A stretch of 64,000 bases of DNA, taken from Camelus ferus. Taxonomy: Eukaryota. The position numbers and the translations under genes were made by a program. Below are positions 11,095-22,404 of the stretch, one piece after another (the stretch's first letter is position 1; the number at the start of each line of letters is the position of its first letter). The notes under the pieces are model-generated. The model was given only the letters and a program-made list of their open reading frames with translations. It was not told where the DNA came from and did no database searches. The stretch covers positions 106,270,001 through 106,334,000 of the forward strand of contig NC_045697.1 in the NCBI RefSeq assembly GCF_009834535.1, in the 5' to 3' direction.

Positions 11095-13081
11095 CTAAAA
11101 ATAAAACATAAAACTTCATTGTTAATAAGGAAAATAAACATTCCTGAAGTCTTAAATTTGTTTTGATAATGAATATATTGAAATAGGAAATACACTGTAA
11201 TTAGCACATATAATTCATATACATATATAACCTGAACATGTCAGTAGGATTCTCCAAAGAAGGTTGAATATGCCAGAATCTGTATAATATGTATCAAATT
11301 AACCTTCTGAAGAAAGGAAATCCAAAAGTAGGTAAAGTTGTCAAAATTCACCCACAGCTATACAAACGAGAGATACAGTATCTAAGGAACAAAATAATTT
11401 TCATATGACAGGGCACATTAGTAAAAATAACTTTCTCGTCCCAGAAGCTATTTTAAACTAAAGACTGCTTCAGAATTATTTGGCACTGATACTCTGCTTA
11501 CCAAATATCATCTGAAAAGTAATTTTATTTTCCAAATGCTCTCAGTTGCGAGGCATGGTGGTGTATTGATAGGGTAGTGGACTACTAGACAGCAGGAAGG
11601 AGGCATCATACCGGAAATCATGACAAGTCCTACAATACTGATATGGATGCCCTCGCAGTGATGAGAACCACGTGAGAAAACTGCAGACTTCCTAATGTGA
11701 ACAGACTGTCTGCAACCTTGGTACTCTTGTGCCTGCTTTTTTCCTTTATACATCTGTTGTATATTTTATATGGTAGTCAAAGTTTTCCAGTCTTCCAAAG
11801 TTCAAAGTGTAGTTTTCTTACAATTCTTAGCATCCAAACATGCTTTTTTCTTCTTAATTGCTTTTGTTTCTGCATCTTTCACATCTGAAGTTCCACTGAG
11901 ATGCTTAGGTCATTTCACACACTGGAGCTGAGTCTTACCCTAAAAAGACCTCTGAATCCCAGACCCAACTTTCTTGATTTCAAGTGAATATCACTGACGC
12001 TGCTTCTGCATTTTTTTCTCCTCTGAGTCTGTTTTGATATTTGCACTAAACTGGTTCTTGTCGAGTCCTATTCTGTTTTGTACGTAGCCATTATTTTTCT
12101 TCCATGTCGGAAGCCTGATTTTGACTACTGGACCCAGCCATCTAGTCTCTGTTGGCTGGTAGATGGTAGATGACAGGGGACCTTTTTCATTTGTCTTTTC
12201 TGTTAGTTTGTCTTGAAGCTTGTGATACTTCTGATATGCTCTGTATTATATGTCATTTGAATACCAGTAATAGCTAAAATCATTTAAGAGATAATTTTGT
12301 ACCCACTACAATGGAGATCAGCTTCAGATCAACAGACTTTCATAACAAGTATTCCTTGGAGATCCTTTTTGACTCCCAGACCCTCCTACTCCCAAGAAGC
12401 CACTACTGGCTAGTGAGATTTACTCAGACACAGAAAACTGTCCTCCATATTTACCTTTGCCCTCTAGCTGAAGAGGTAGAATTGAGGCTATTATTTTTCT
12501 TTGTGTTTGTGTATATAAATGAAAAATGTCCTTTCCATGCTTGTGAAATAAAGGAAGTTAGCTTTGTATGATGTTCTTGTAACTATAGTTCTTTTGCATC
12601 TTTGGTTGGTTCTTTCCCTCATTCTCTCTCTTGAGAAAACTTTTGTAGATTAATGAGTCAAAAATATAACATTTTGTTCTGTGAAGAAATATTTAGATAG
12701 ACAAAGCTACCAGAAGAGGCAAAGAAAACAAAGCAAAGTTTTCTTTTTGTTTGTTTAAATTAAGATTTATTTTGAATAGCTTAGAAAAGAAGGAGCTGTG
12801 CCTTCTAAAAGTATTTTTTGCTCAGTTAATATAACAATTTTATAAACAGGTCTTCATGTATGAGATTAACTGGGAATGCGGATGAAATAGAAATGATTCA
12901 TTCTGGCCTGTCCTGAGTTTCAAGACCTACTGTGAAATATAAAGGATTCTGAGTTCATGACTTTTCCTCCTTTCTCTCAGAAAAGTAAGAGAAGTCTTCT
13001 AGAAATACCTAAATGAGCCAACTTTATAAGTAAAGTTCCATGTTCTAAAAATAAGGAGTGAGTAAGTTTTAAAGGAATACA

Positions 13082-13478
13082 TGTGACTGACTGTAAGGTG
13101 ATGTGTGATGTACACTGTAGAAGCACCAGCAGTGGTCAGCGGAGCTCTGCTGGTCTCCTAAGTTGCCTTGAATGGCACAGAGTTCTTATTCATGTACTCA
13201 AAAGTGCACATGACGCCGTACCAGTTCTTAGCATGTACCCCAAGAGGCCTCATACAGTTCCATTCTCATGGAACCCTCCATCTCTGAGAACAATCCAGCA
13301 AGCCTCTACAGGATGAGAGACCACATGAGAAGAGACAAGACGAATCCACCTGAGTGAGCCCAGGTTGTTATCAGCTGAGTCTGGACTAGATCATCAAAAC
13401 TGACTCATGAAAAATAATGGTTGTTGTTTTCAACCTCTAAACTTTGTGATGTTACTGTAGCAATAAATTACTGATACA
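13082..13478 (+). mobile_element. MaLR MLT1 (H-like) LTR
   Basis: GATGAGAGACCACATG...AATAATGGTTGTTGTTT...GTAGCAATAAATTACTGATACA terminus. Confidence 0.7.
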
Positions 13479-15124
13479 CATATTTATGTTTATACCCAAA
13501 GGGTAACACAGTAATTGTCTAATTGATTTTTAAAAGATTTTATTTCAGAGGTAAATTATCGCTGTCAAGTAGTGACACTCGTGACAAATGCTTCATGGGG
13601 TAAATTTTTTAAAAACCTGAGGTTTGCCTCAAGTTTTGCCAGTTTTGCTAACCATGCAACATAGACATCTTCTTGTTTTAACCAACACCTCTTAGGTCAT
13701 CTATGTTATTGAAATTGGCCCCAATAAAGCACCAAGTTAATGATATTAAACCAAAAGTTGCTAAACAAACTTATTTGGACACAACCATGCCTTATGAGTG
13801 CAACTTGACCACGAGGTAAGGCTGAGAAAGCAAACTGGCAACTTGTCTTTTCTCCATCATGAGCAAGTATGCACATTAATATCTCAGTCAGGGGAAGAAA
13901 GGCATCTTTTATTCCATGATAAACAAACACAAGTAATTTCTCTCTGGAACTTATCTCCAAAAGAACTGAAATCTTAAAAAAAAAAAAACTGTATGTGTAA
14001 GGATATCCATCATAGTTTCATTTTATGATGGGAGAAATTCAGAAACAAGTATCTAAGGAAATTGTACTATATCCAATCAATAAATTATTATGAGGTCATA
14101 AAAGTGATGTTTATGAAGATTATGCAATAACCTGAGAAAATATTTATGATTTCAAAAACTTGTATCAAGAGAATAAGAGAAATTATATCAAGAGATATTA
14201 AATTATATGCATTATAGGATTGCAACATTATTTTCTTAATGATGTATGTAAATAGGAACAGAAAGACAGAAATCAAAACTTTATTGGTGACTATCACTAC
14301 AGTGGCTCTGAATCAAGGGTGGCATGAGAACCCTCTGAGAAATATTTTCAAAGAACTCTTACTCAGGAACTGCCCTATAGATTCTGATTCATTAAGTCCT
14401 CCAATAAAACCCATGCAAATCCCTGATTAAATACTAGGTTGTAAAGAAACAACACTAGTTATAAAGCAAAATGTTTACTTCTTGGTTTCCATTTTGTTTA
14501 AATTTGAAATAGACAAATATACATTGCATAATAGAAATGAAAATTATAATAACTAAACCCATTAATACCAGTAATAGTGGCAATCTTTTATTAAGCATTT
14601 ACTCCCAACACACTTTCTGCTTTAATCTGCAAAATAATTTTATTGGATAAATGTTTCTAGTCTGATTTAATAAATTAATGCTGAGAGAAATTAGGTGATG
14701 TCCCAAGATCACGAAGTTGTGATTAACACAGAATTCAAAGCCCATCTTGAACTATGTATGATAAAATCAAGACAGGACAAAATTATGTCATGACTTTAGA
14801 GAGGTTGGCACTGGCAAACCCCAATCCTCAATGGTTAGAATGATTTGAGTGAATGGCTTCAGGTTTTCTTTTTCTTTTGTTTGTTTCAGAGATATTAAAG
14901 ACAGTCATACCACATATACTGACTCTATTACATAAATGGTCAACTTCATTCAGGGTACAAGAATCAGCAGCATGTAGGTGTGATGCGGGAAATATATTGT
15001 GACTGTCTGATACATGGAGGCAGAGTAACCTCCTCTGAATTAAAGAATCAGTAGAAACTATCTTTTGCTTACTTCTCCAAATGTAATTTTTAAATTTATC
15101 TTCCTTCATAATGTCTTAATACCA

Positions 15125-15206
15125 TTCTGATATGGAGATAATTATCATTTTTTATAGATTTTACAGTTCTGATATGGAGATAATTATTAATTTTATGGAT
15201 TCTCAG
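15125..15206. repeat. 42-bp tandem duplication (2 copies)
   Basis: TTCTGATATGGAGATAATTAT starts at both 15125 and 15167, followed by similar TTTTAT.GATT tails. Confidence 0.85.
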
Positions 15207-15237
15207 CCACTAAAGAGTCTCTGTAAAACTCTTTTAG

Positions 15238-15520
15238 GCTAAAAGTTACATATTACAGATATAAAATAAATAAGTCCTGGGGATGCAGTGTACAGCATGG
15301 TGACTATAGTTAATAACACTGTATTGCATATTTAAAAGTTGCTAAGAAAGAAGATCTTAAAAGTTCTCATCACAAGAAAAAAAATTTGTAACTATGTGTA
15401 GTGATGGATGTTAACAGGACTTTCTGTGATCATTTCACAATATATACAAATATCTAATCATTATGTTGTACACTTGAAATAAATGTGATGTTATATGTCA
15501 ATTATATCTCAATTTAAAAA
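15238..15520 (+). mobile_element. 5'-truncated L1 3' end (L1MA9-like) with 13-bp TSD
   Basis: AATAAGTCCTGGGGATG..GTACAGCATGGTGACTATAGTTAATAAC. TSD AAAACTCTTTTAG (15225-15237) / AAAACTCGTTTAG (15521-15533). Confidence 0.9.
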
Positions 15521-18220
15521 AAAACTCGTTTAGAAAGTCTTTATAAAGATAAAAATGTCAGTCATTAAAGGCTAGATATGAAACCAGTTTTCACCATAAA
15601 GAGACCACCCTCTTTTTCCCCAAACCACCTTTTACTAAAGTCACTCTAAAAAGTTTAAGAGAAAGACCAGAACTGAAGAGCTGAATTTGCCTCTTTCACT
15701 TGAGATCTGACAAATCTATGATCAAGGTATCAGACCAAACAGTTTTCAGTGAGAGGAGAAATCATTAAGCAAGATTACATGTGAGAAAAGAGACAATAAG
15801 TTAATTAGTAAGTTAATCGTGTCTGAACATTAGACACTGAGCTTGGCAAACATTTGAAGAGGGAATTTCCTTTCAACTGCTAATGCTTATACTGATAATA
15901 TGTATTAAACACTAACTCAGTTTTAGAGTTTGGTTCAGATATTGCTACTAACTAGCTTTGGCTGATATTGAAGTATTTTGTATGCTCCATTTATAAAAGC
16001 ACTCTTTGCCCATCTGTTCACAGGTTGAAAGTGATTAAGGGATACTTATTTTGGCTGTTGTAAAAGCCAAATACTTTTTAAGCTGCAAATATGTGGCAAA
16101 ACCAGTTCAGGCTGCCAAGTTCAGAAATACATTAGAAGAGATTTGTGATGCTGCCTCCCTTCCCTTATTCCTCTTCCAACCTGCACTATCGAAAAGTAAA
16201 TATCGTCGCTTGCCTGATTAGACTAGCATGCCTGCTTTGTCCAAATGCTTTGCAATTTGGTTATAATTTACACAATTTACTCTGATTTGGATCCTCTGCT
16301 ACCAAGCTGTGTCGAGGGCTTTCGTTTCCTGTACGGGCAGCCTTGAAGTGGAGACATGTGATGCCCTTGTGCTTTGAATGCTGGATCTGAAAGCAGCTTG
16401 GCTAACGAGTGAAACAAGTTTGTGGCCTACTTTAATGCCCTATATGAGGTCTGTTCAGTTTAAAAACAATGCATTAAATTCAGCATGGGCGGTAGAGGTT
16501 TTTATGAACAGGGATGTAATACATTTCCATGATTAATACTGTCTCAATGTTATTTATTTGCAAATCTTGCCACGGGTTTAGTACTTCATGCTAGCAAAAC
16601 CTGTTCACTTAAAAAAATCAGAGCAGGGTTCTTGAAACTTTAAAAAATCAAATGCAATCCTCCTGAAATGTAAGATAGAATCACTTTAATTTAGACAAAA
16701 TTTTAAATAGTTTAAATATCTGAATGTGTTTTCTTCTGGGCTTTCTCTATGCTTCTTTTGTGTTCTGATCATTCCTCACAATGCTAGCCTGCCTTGACCC
16801 AAAACAGCCAAGAGACCTCTTATTTTTGGAGGCCCCCAGTTCCACAGCAATCTCTTTAACCAGATCATATTAAAGGGCGGAGGCTAATATTCTATTTGAA
16901 GCCTCTGAGGGTACTTGCCTTAAACAATCACCTAAAGTGCTCTAACTAGTACCCATCCAGAAATGCAAATGCTACACTGGGCTGGGAGTATGTCTGCTCC
17001 CTGCTCCACCTGATTTTCCTAGGAAGACATCTCTCAGCCCATTATGTCAGATTTCTGGAAAGATGGATTTTGTTTTTGCTGCTGCTGCTTGGTTTGAATT
17101 TTCCAACAGCTCTTCTTCAAAATAAGAAAGAGATTTTTAAATTCCAAATTCAGTTTAAAAAAACACAATTATTCTTTCTCTTATGTATAAACATTCTGGA
17201 GGAGAACTATTTATTATGAATTAAACTGAAATTATCGTTTCACACAAGAGAAAAGCAAAAGCAGAAAGGAAATACACGTTTTGTTCAAACTTAATGGACT
17301 CTGACTTTATGGGCAAGGTAATTACGGTGCACTTTCAGGGAATTCTCTTTAATACAAACAGTTAAAACTCCTTTTTATTGTGCCTACGTGTTTCATCTGT
17401 AGGACACTGAAGAAAACTACTCCTGAAGATGTCTGTAATGACCTGGGCGTTTATGCCACAGGTGTAATGGGAGCTGATTTTACTGTGGCACAGTGACCAC
17501 AGTTCTCCATTTTTCACAAGCTTGTCTATGGAACAGGGAACACAGTGAGTTGTCTGCTCTTTCTCCCAAAACATCAATTTATGTCTCTTGGGATAGCCCT
17601 TTGCTCCCAGCCCAAACTTGAGGCAGTTATGGAGGAGAACTGGCTCTACCCACTGCCATCCGTCTCTCTCATGTCTACTCAAAAAGAGCAGACAATGAAG
17701 ACTGGTGCACAGATTCCTTCTCCCTAGAAGAGGGCTTTAGGTTAGGAGAGAAACCCCCACAAAAGTTCAGGTGACTGTAAAAACAATTCCTGATATTATA
17801 CTCAGTATTTCATCCCCAACCACACATGTGTTTTAGGGACTGTCATTCCCTGGAGTCCAGGAGACCCTCAAGCAAGCACACACACAGAGCGATGGTCAGG
17901 AAGCAAGCTGAACTCTATTAGAAAAGCAGGAAATGTGGACAGTCTTCACAGCAACCTAGAGAGGAATGGTACTTTGTATCCCTACCTCCCCTGGGTTCTG
18001 CCTCTCTACTCTCCCTCTGTATGAGTACTTCCATGAAAAAGTGATAGAAAATCTGATTTTCCCTGCCTGAGACATTCATGCATCCTCATTTTACTTCTGT
18101 GTGCAGGGTTACTGTGTGTTCTCCCTCCTGTTATTCTGCTTGCTGCTCCTCAGACATTTTCCTTCTGCTTCCACACAGGAATTGGTACCAATACGTTAGC
18201 TGCCTTCCCTCCTCAGTTAT

Positions 18221-18805
18221 TGTTCATATCAATAAGGTGAAATTACTTTTTGCAGCAGCAGACAGAAATTTTATTCATTGGCCAACAAATGGAGGAGGAG
18301 GAGCTCTTGCTCTAAAAGCACCTTCTCCCCGAGTGTAGGCGAGGACAAGCTTTTTATAGGAAAAGGGGCTAAAAGGGTGGAGACCAGTGTCACTTAGGCT
18401 CATGGAAGTGGGAGATGATTTCCTGGAATGGGATCCAGGACTCTTTTCTGCCCCTTTATGGTCTTTTAGGGTTTGGGTCACAAGTGGATGGAACCAAGAT
18501 GGTGCCCTCTGGTGGGGATTTTAGTGTTAAAATGAGATGACAATGAGCTGTAGAGAGATCTTTGTCCCAGTTTTCAAGTTCAGCCAGCTTCTACCAGTTT
18601 CTTGTGGATAAGTCCTCTGGTTCTTGTCATGTAAACACAGCTAGAAGATATAGTCAGTTTGGTTTTCTGCAAGCTTTCCCAGAGCTTGTTATTAGAAACA
18701 GGATAGAGGGCTTCCTTGCTCCTTTGCCTAAGACAGGGGTGCCTGTGTTTACTAGAGACAGTTTATGTACAGATTAGGGACCCTCAGGTGCTCCCCTGGG
18801 TGACA
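18221..18805 (-). mobile_element. ERV-type solo LTR, sense to IQCM
   Basis: Minus strand TG...CA termini (TGTCACCC...ATGAACA), TATAAAAA box (plus TTTTTATA near 18352) and AATAAA (plus TTTATT near 18269) in LTR order. No clean TSD found. Confidence 0.6.
18501..18515 (-). promoter_or_regulatory. CTCF-motif match CCACCAGAGGGCACC
   Basis: Reverse complement of ggtgccctctggtgg, close to the CTCF core consensus CC(A/G)C(C/T)AG(A/G)(G/T)GGC(A/G)C. Motif only; binding not shown. Confidence 0.5.
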
Positions 18806-19854
18806 GAATCACAGCTACCCAGGACCTTCCCCTTGAATCAAGCCAAGCCATTCTTTTTCCCAGTTGCTGATTCCACATGGTCAGTTTTTTCCCTGCTGCT
18901 GCATCCTTCGGCAGACATGGGTGGAGTTAGATACATCCCATGCACACGAGAGAGGAAGTAACTCTCTCCCAGTCACCGCTATTCCAGGGAAGGGAGTGCA
19001 AGTCCCCAGTTCTGCCAGGAACCTAAGCCAATATGCACTAACTCAGTTTTATCAGAGAGCCTGTCTCTGGGTGCTTGGCTACTCTTGTGTCCTCTTTGCT
19101 GCTGCAGTGCTTTGTCCCACCCAATCAGGTAAGATTAGGACAACCCGATGGTGCTGACATGCTGGACTCTGGACACATTCAGAGCTCCAGGCTGCTGGCC
19201 GTCTATTGTGCAACCTGCTCCTGCTTGAGTACAAAGCCCTCTTGAGAAGGTCCCCGGCATGAGAGGATAAGTAATGGAAGGAAGACACCAAAATTCCACA
19301 ATTAACAAATAAGAGGAAGTTTCAAAGTTCTTGGCATGGTCAAGCAAGAGACCGGTAGTTTCTGAAGATTCAGAGTAAAGTAGACATTTTAAGGGCCAGG
19401 GAAATAGTCATGAGCGAAGAAAGTTGGGGAAGATGGAGGATCAGCACAAAGGACACACCAAGCAACATAAAATGATATTAGGAAAAAAGTTGATGACTGA
19501 GGCACTCACTTATTTGACCTAGACTTAGCTATCTTTATTCTCTACTGACAGCACTGAGAAACAATCCTGAGGATGGTGGGACGGGAAGACTGAAGGTGCA
19601 GCTAAATAATAACACCTGACTTGGAGGTAAGCGTGTGTTTTGAAACGGTAGCATTTCCCAGGAAATGCAGTTCTCTGGTAGCTATTTTCCCAGGTAGTTT
19701 GCTATCACAAGATTATAGTGCTAGGATATCATTAAGGTGATTTACCACAGCTTTCTCTATTAGCTAGACAACCCTAGGAAAAAGCAACTACGTCATCCTA
19801 GAAATTGACAGAGCTGAGAATAGAGGGAAATACTGGACATAGTCCAGTGTATCC

Positions 19855-19942
19855 TCCAGCATGAAACTCAAAGTGTGGTCTGGAGACCAGCAGCATCAGC
19901 ACCACCTGGACTTTAATGGAAATACAATACCTCAAGCTCAAC
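19855..19942. mobile_element. MER5A (hAT-Charlie) fragment
   Basis: CTCAAAGTGTGGTCTGGAGACCAGCAGCATCAGCACCACCTGG. Confidence 0.75.
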
Positions 19943-20079
19943 TGTTTCTATTTTGCTCAAGAGGCAAAAAAAAAAAAAAAAAAAACAGACTGAAAAGGAC
20001 AGAACAAGTACCAATAAGAAAGAACTGAAGCTCAAACCAAGGAAAAATGTCATAAACAAAATTAAAGCTGCTCTTAGTT

Positions 20080-20540
20080 AAATTTTCTAGGCTCAGGCAA
20101 ATAATTTTCCAGATTCATCTGTTGATCTGCTGTCTTTGAGAAACTGGAGGATGAATGTCATGTAAGAATTCTGGAGAATAGCAAATGTCTTCATTTTCTT
20201 AAAAGGAAAGAATAAAAAAATTGCAAAGTATGAGCCAGTATCATTCAGATTGTATCAGTTATCAGGTGGATGGTATGTGAGGAACTAAAGAAAAGTAGCA
20301 GTGGTGCCAAGAGCCAGAATGTATACAAAAAGAATGTCATGCCATCCTGAATTCATTTCCTTTATTTTAATTTAGTTTTATTATTGTTTTTGTTTTGTTT
20401 TCACTAGATTGCTATACCAGGGAATGATTTATGATGTTTCTGAATTTCAGGAAGGCAAATTTCAAGGTTCTTATAAAATCTTTGTAAACAAGGTAGAGAA
20501 TAAAGGCTGACTGAGTAGTTTTGGGTGATAGAGTGGATAG
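20080..20540 (+). mobile_element. L3/CR1 LINE ORF2 remnant
   Basis: TGGAGAATAGCAAATGTCTTCATTTTCTTAAAAGGAAAG...TATGAGCCAGTATC resembles the CR1 WRxANVxxIFKKGK..NYRPVS region. Confidence 0.65.
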
Positions 20541-20741
20541 TATCATTACTGGTAAGAGAGGGAATACAGGAGAAAAGACACAGGAGAGAGAACACATAAT
20601 TATTTCAATTTTGAGACATGGTTGTGGGATATTCCAGTGAAGAGACCTAGGAAGCAGTAGAAAGTCTGAAATAGAAGCTATAGATGCCTGGAAAGGGAAA
20701 AAGAAGTTCATTAGAAGGCAGAGAAAAGATCCAAAAATTTA

Positions 20742-21080
20742 ATTCATGCATTAAATGTATATTCATTTATTCATTCATTCATTCACCTAGTATATGATTC
20801 TCTTCTAGGACTGAGGAGTCACTGGTAAATAAAACATAGAAAACTCCCTGTCCTCATTAAGCTTATATTCTATTGGGAGAAACACAATAATCAAACAAGC
20901 TAATTATAGAGTATCTTAGAAGACAATGTGTGCTATGATAAAAAAATAAAGCGGGGTAATGCAGTTGGGGTATGCTAGCAGGTATGGAAGATACAATTTT
21001 AAATAGTGTCAGGGCAAGTGTAGGATTATTGAAAAGGTAACATGTGAGCTAATTATTTGAGGCAAATATGATAAGGAGCT
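20742..21080 (-). mobile_element. L2 3' end
   Basis: (ATTC)n tail on the plus strand followed by CCCTGTCCTCATTAAGCTTATATTCTA. Confidence 0.8.
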
Positions 21081-21589
21081 AACTGTAATGCTGAAATGTG
21101 ATAGTTTCACTGGTAGCTCTGCAATTGGTTAATACACATGTTATACAATTAGTTCCTCTCAGACCCATGAGGACGGTTAGGTACCTTTCTTCCAGCATTG
21201 CAGTTACTACATAACTTAATTCTCTGGGTCTACCACCCTTCAACACTGTGAATTCCATGAGAGCAACTAATTTTCTTTGTGTGCTTGGCAATATATAATA
21301 GATGAAGGGAAGAAAAAGGAGGGAGAGAAATAAAGAGAAAGGAGGGACAGAAAAAGAACAGAATGGGGATGCATTAGAATATCTGAGAAAGCCTCAAGGT
21401 TTGTGTGTTTGACATTTTATTTGTTTTCCACAATTTAAAGCAACGTGAGTATTGCCCTTAAGGAACTGACCCCCAAAGGCTTCCTGTTAATCTAGAGTGT
21501 CTACAGTTTGGTCTCATTGTAAACTGTATTCATATAATTATATCTGAAATACTGTGTTCTTTCTAAAGCATCATAGTTTAAGAAAGATA

Positions 21590-21733
21590 CTTTTGAGTAC
21601 GGTGGGCACCGGGTCTTTTCCTCTGTTTTCACCTCCTTTTTCCTTGTGGAATTGCACTTCTCCCTCTCCACTCATGTGACTTCTCCATGATGGGGCTGCT
21701 CATGCTATCCAAGCTGGAAGGTCAGCCAGAATA

Positions 21734-21769
<36 letters not shown>

Positions 21770-22092
21770 GAGACTCCTTTTGGTAACAGCAGGAAGTAAG
21801 TCAATTACAGATAGCTGGAAGGCAGCCATTTTCCTTACCACATGGAGAAAAAAGTCTATAGTAAGAGGTTTTAAAGCCAAGCAGGGGCAAGCAGAGATTT
21901 AAAATGAATGAAAGGAGCACACATCCTGAAGACATTACTTGAGTCTGTTCAATCAGTTGAGCCTGATGTGTTAATAGATACCAAGAAAGACGCCCACCAA
22001 TACTCCAGACTCTTGGAATCTCCACTTACGTGAGCAAACAGATTTAAGCACAATTTTGCTTGAGCTGATTTGAATTAGCATTCTAACAAAAA
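21590..22092 (+). mobile_element. MaLR MLT1 (J/K-like) LTR containing a (TG)16 microsatellite at 21736-21767
   Basis: GGCAGCCATTTTCCTTACCACATGGAG...TTTTGCTTGAGCTGATTTGAATTAG terminus. Confidence 0.65.
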
Positions 22093-22098
22093 TGTTGC

Positions 22099-22099
22099 A

Positions 22100-22135
<36 letters not shown>

Positions 22136-22136
22136 C
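22099..22136. repeat. (CA)n microsatellite, interrupted
   Basis: Direct reading. Confidence 0.95.
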
Positions 22137-22149
22137 GGGGTGGGAGGAG

Positions 22150-22404
22150 CATCTAAAAAAAAGAAAATTGGTAAAGAGTGGCTTCAAGAAGACAGAATTA
22201 GGACCAATGTGGATCAGTTCAAGGGGATAGAGAACTGTCTAAAAATCTGAGCATTCTCTAGAATGAAGTGGGATTCCACTTCAACAGACACATTACTAAT
22301 CTCTGGAGTTTTCAAATAGAGGTTATGTGGAGATTCATCCTTTGGATAGAGGGTTTCAGTAGAAAATCTCCAAGGTTCCTTCAACTCTGAGATTCTATAA
22401 TTCA
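22150..22404 (+). mobile_element. L3/CR1 3' end
   Basis: Ends GGTTCCTTCAACTCTGAGATTCTATAATTC, the characteristic CR1/L3 terminus. Confidence 0.7.

Larger units (their letters stand above)
17828..19300 (-). mobile_element. Old LTR-like element (family undetermined) split by a nested LTR
   Basis: GC-richer non-coding segment whose minus strand starts TGTGGAATTTTGG at 19300. It flanks the inner LTR on both sides. Confidence 0.45.

Noticed and set aside
10816..11166. 116-aa plus-strand ORF
   Set aside because: Antisense shadow of the real IQCM exon.
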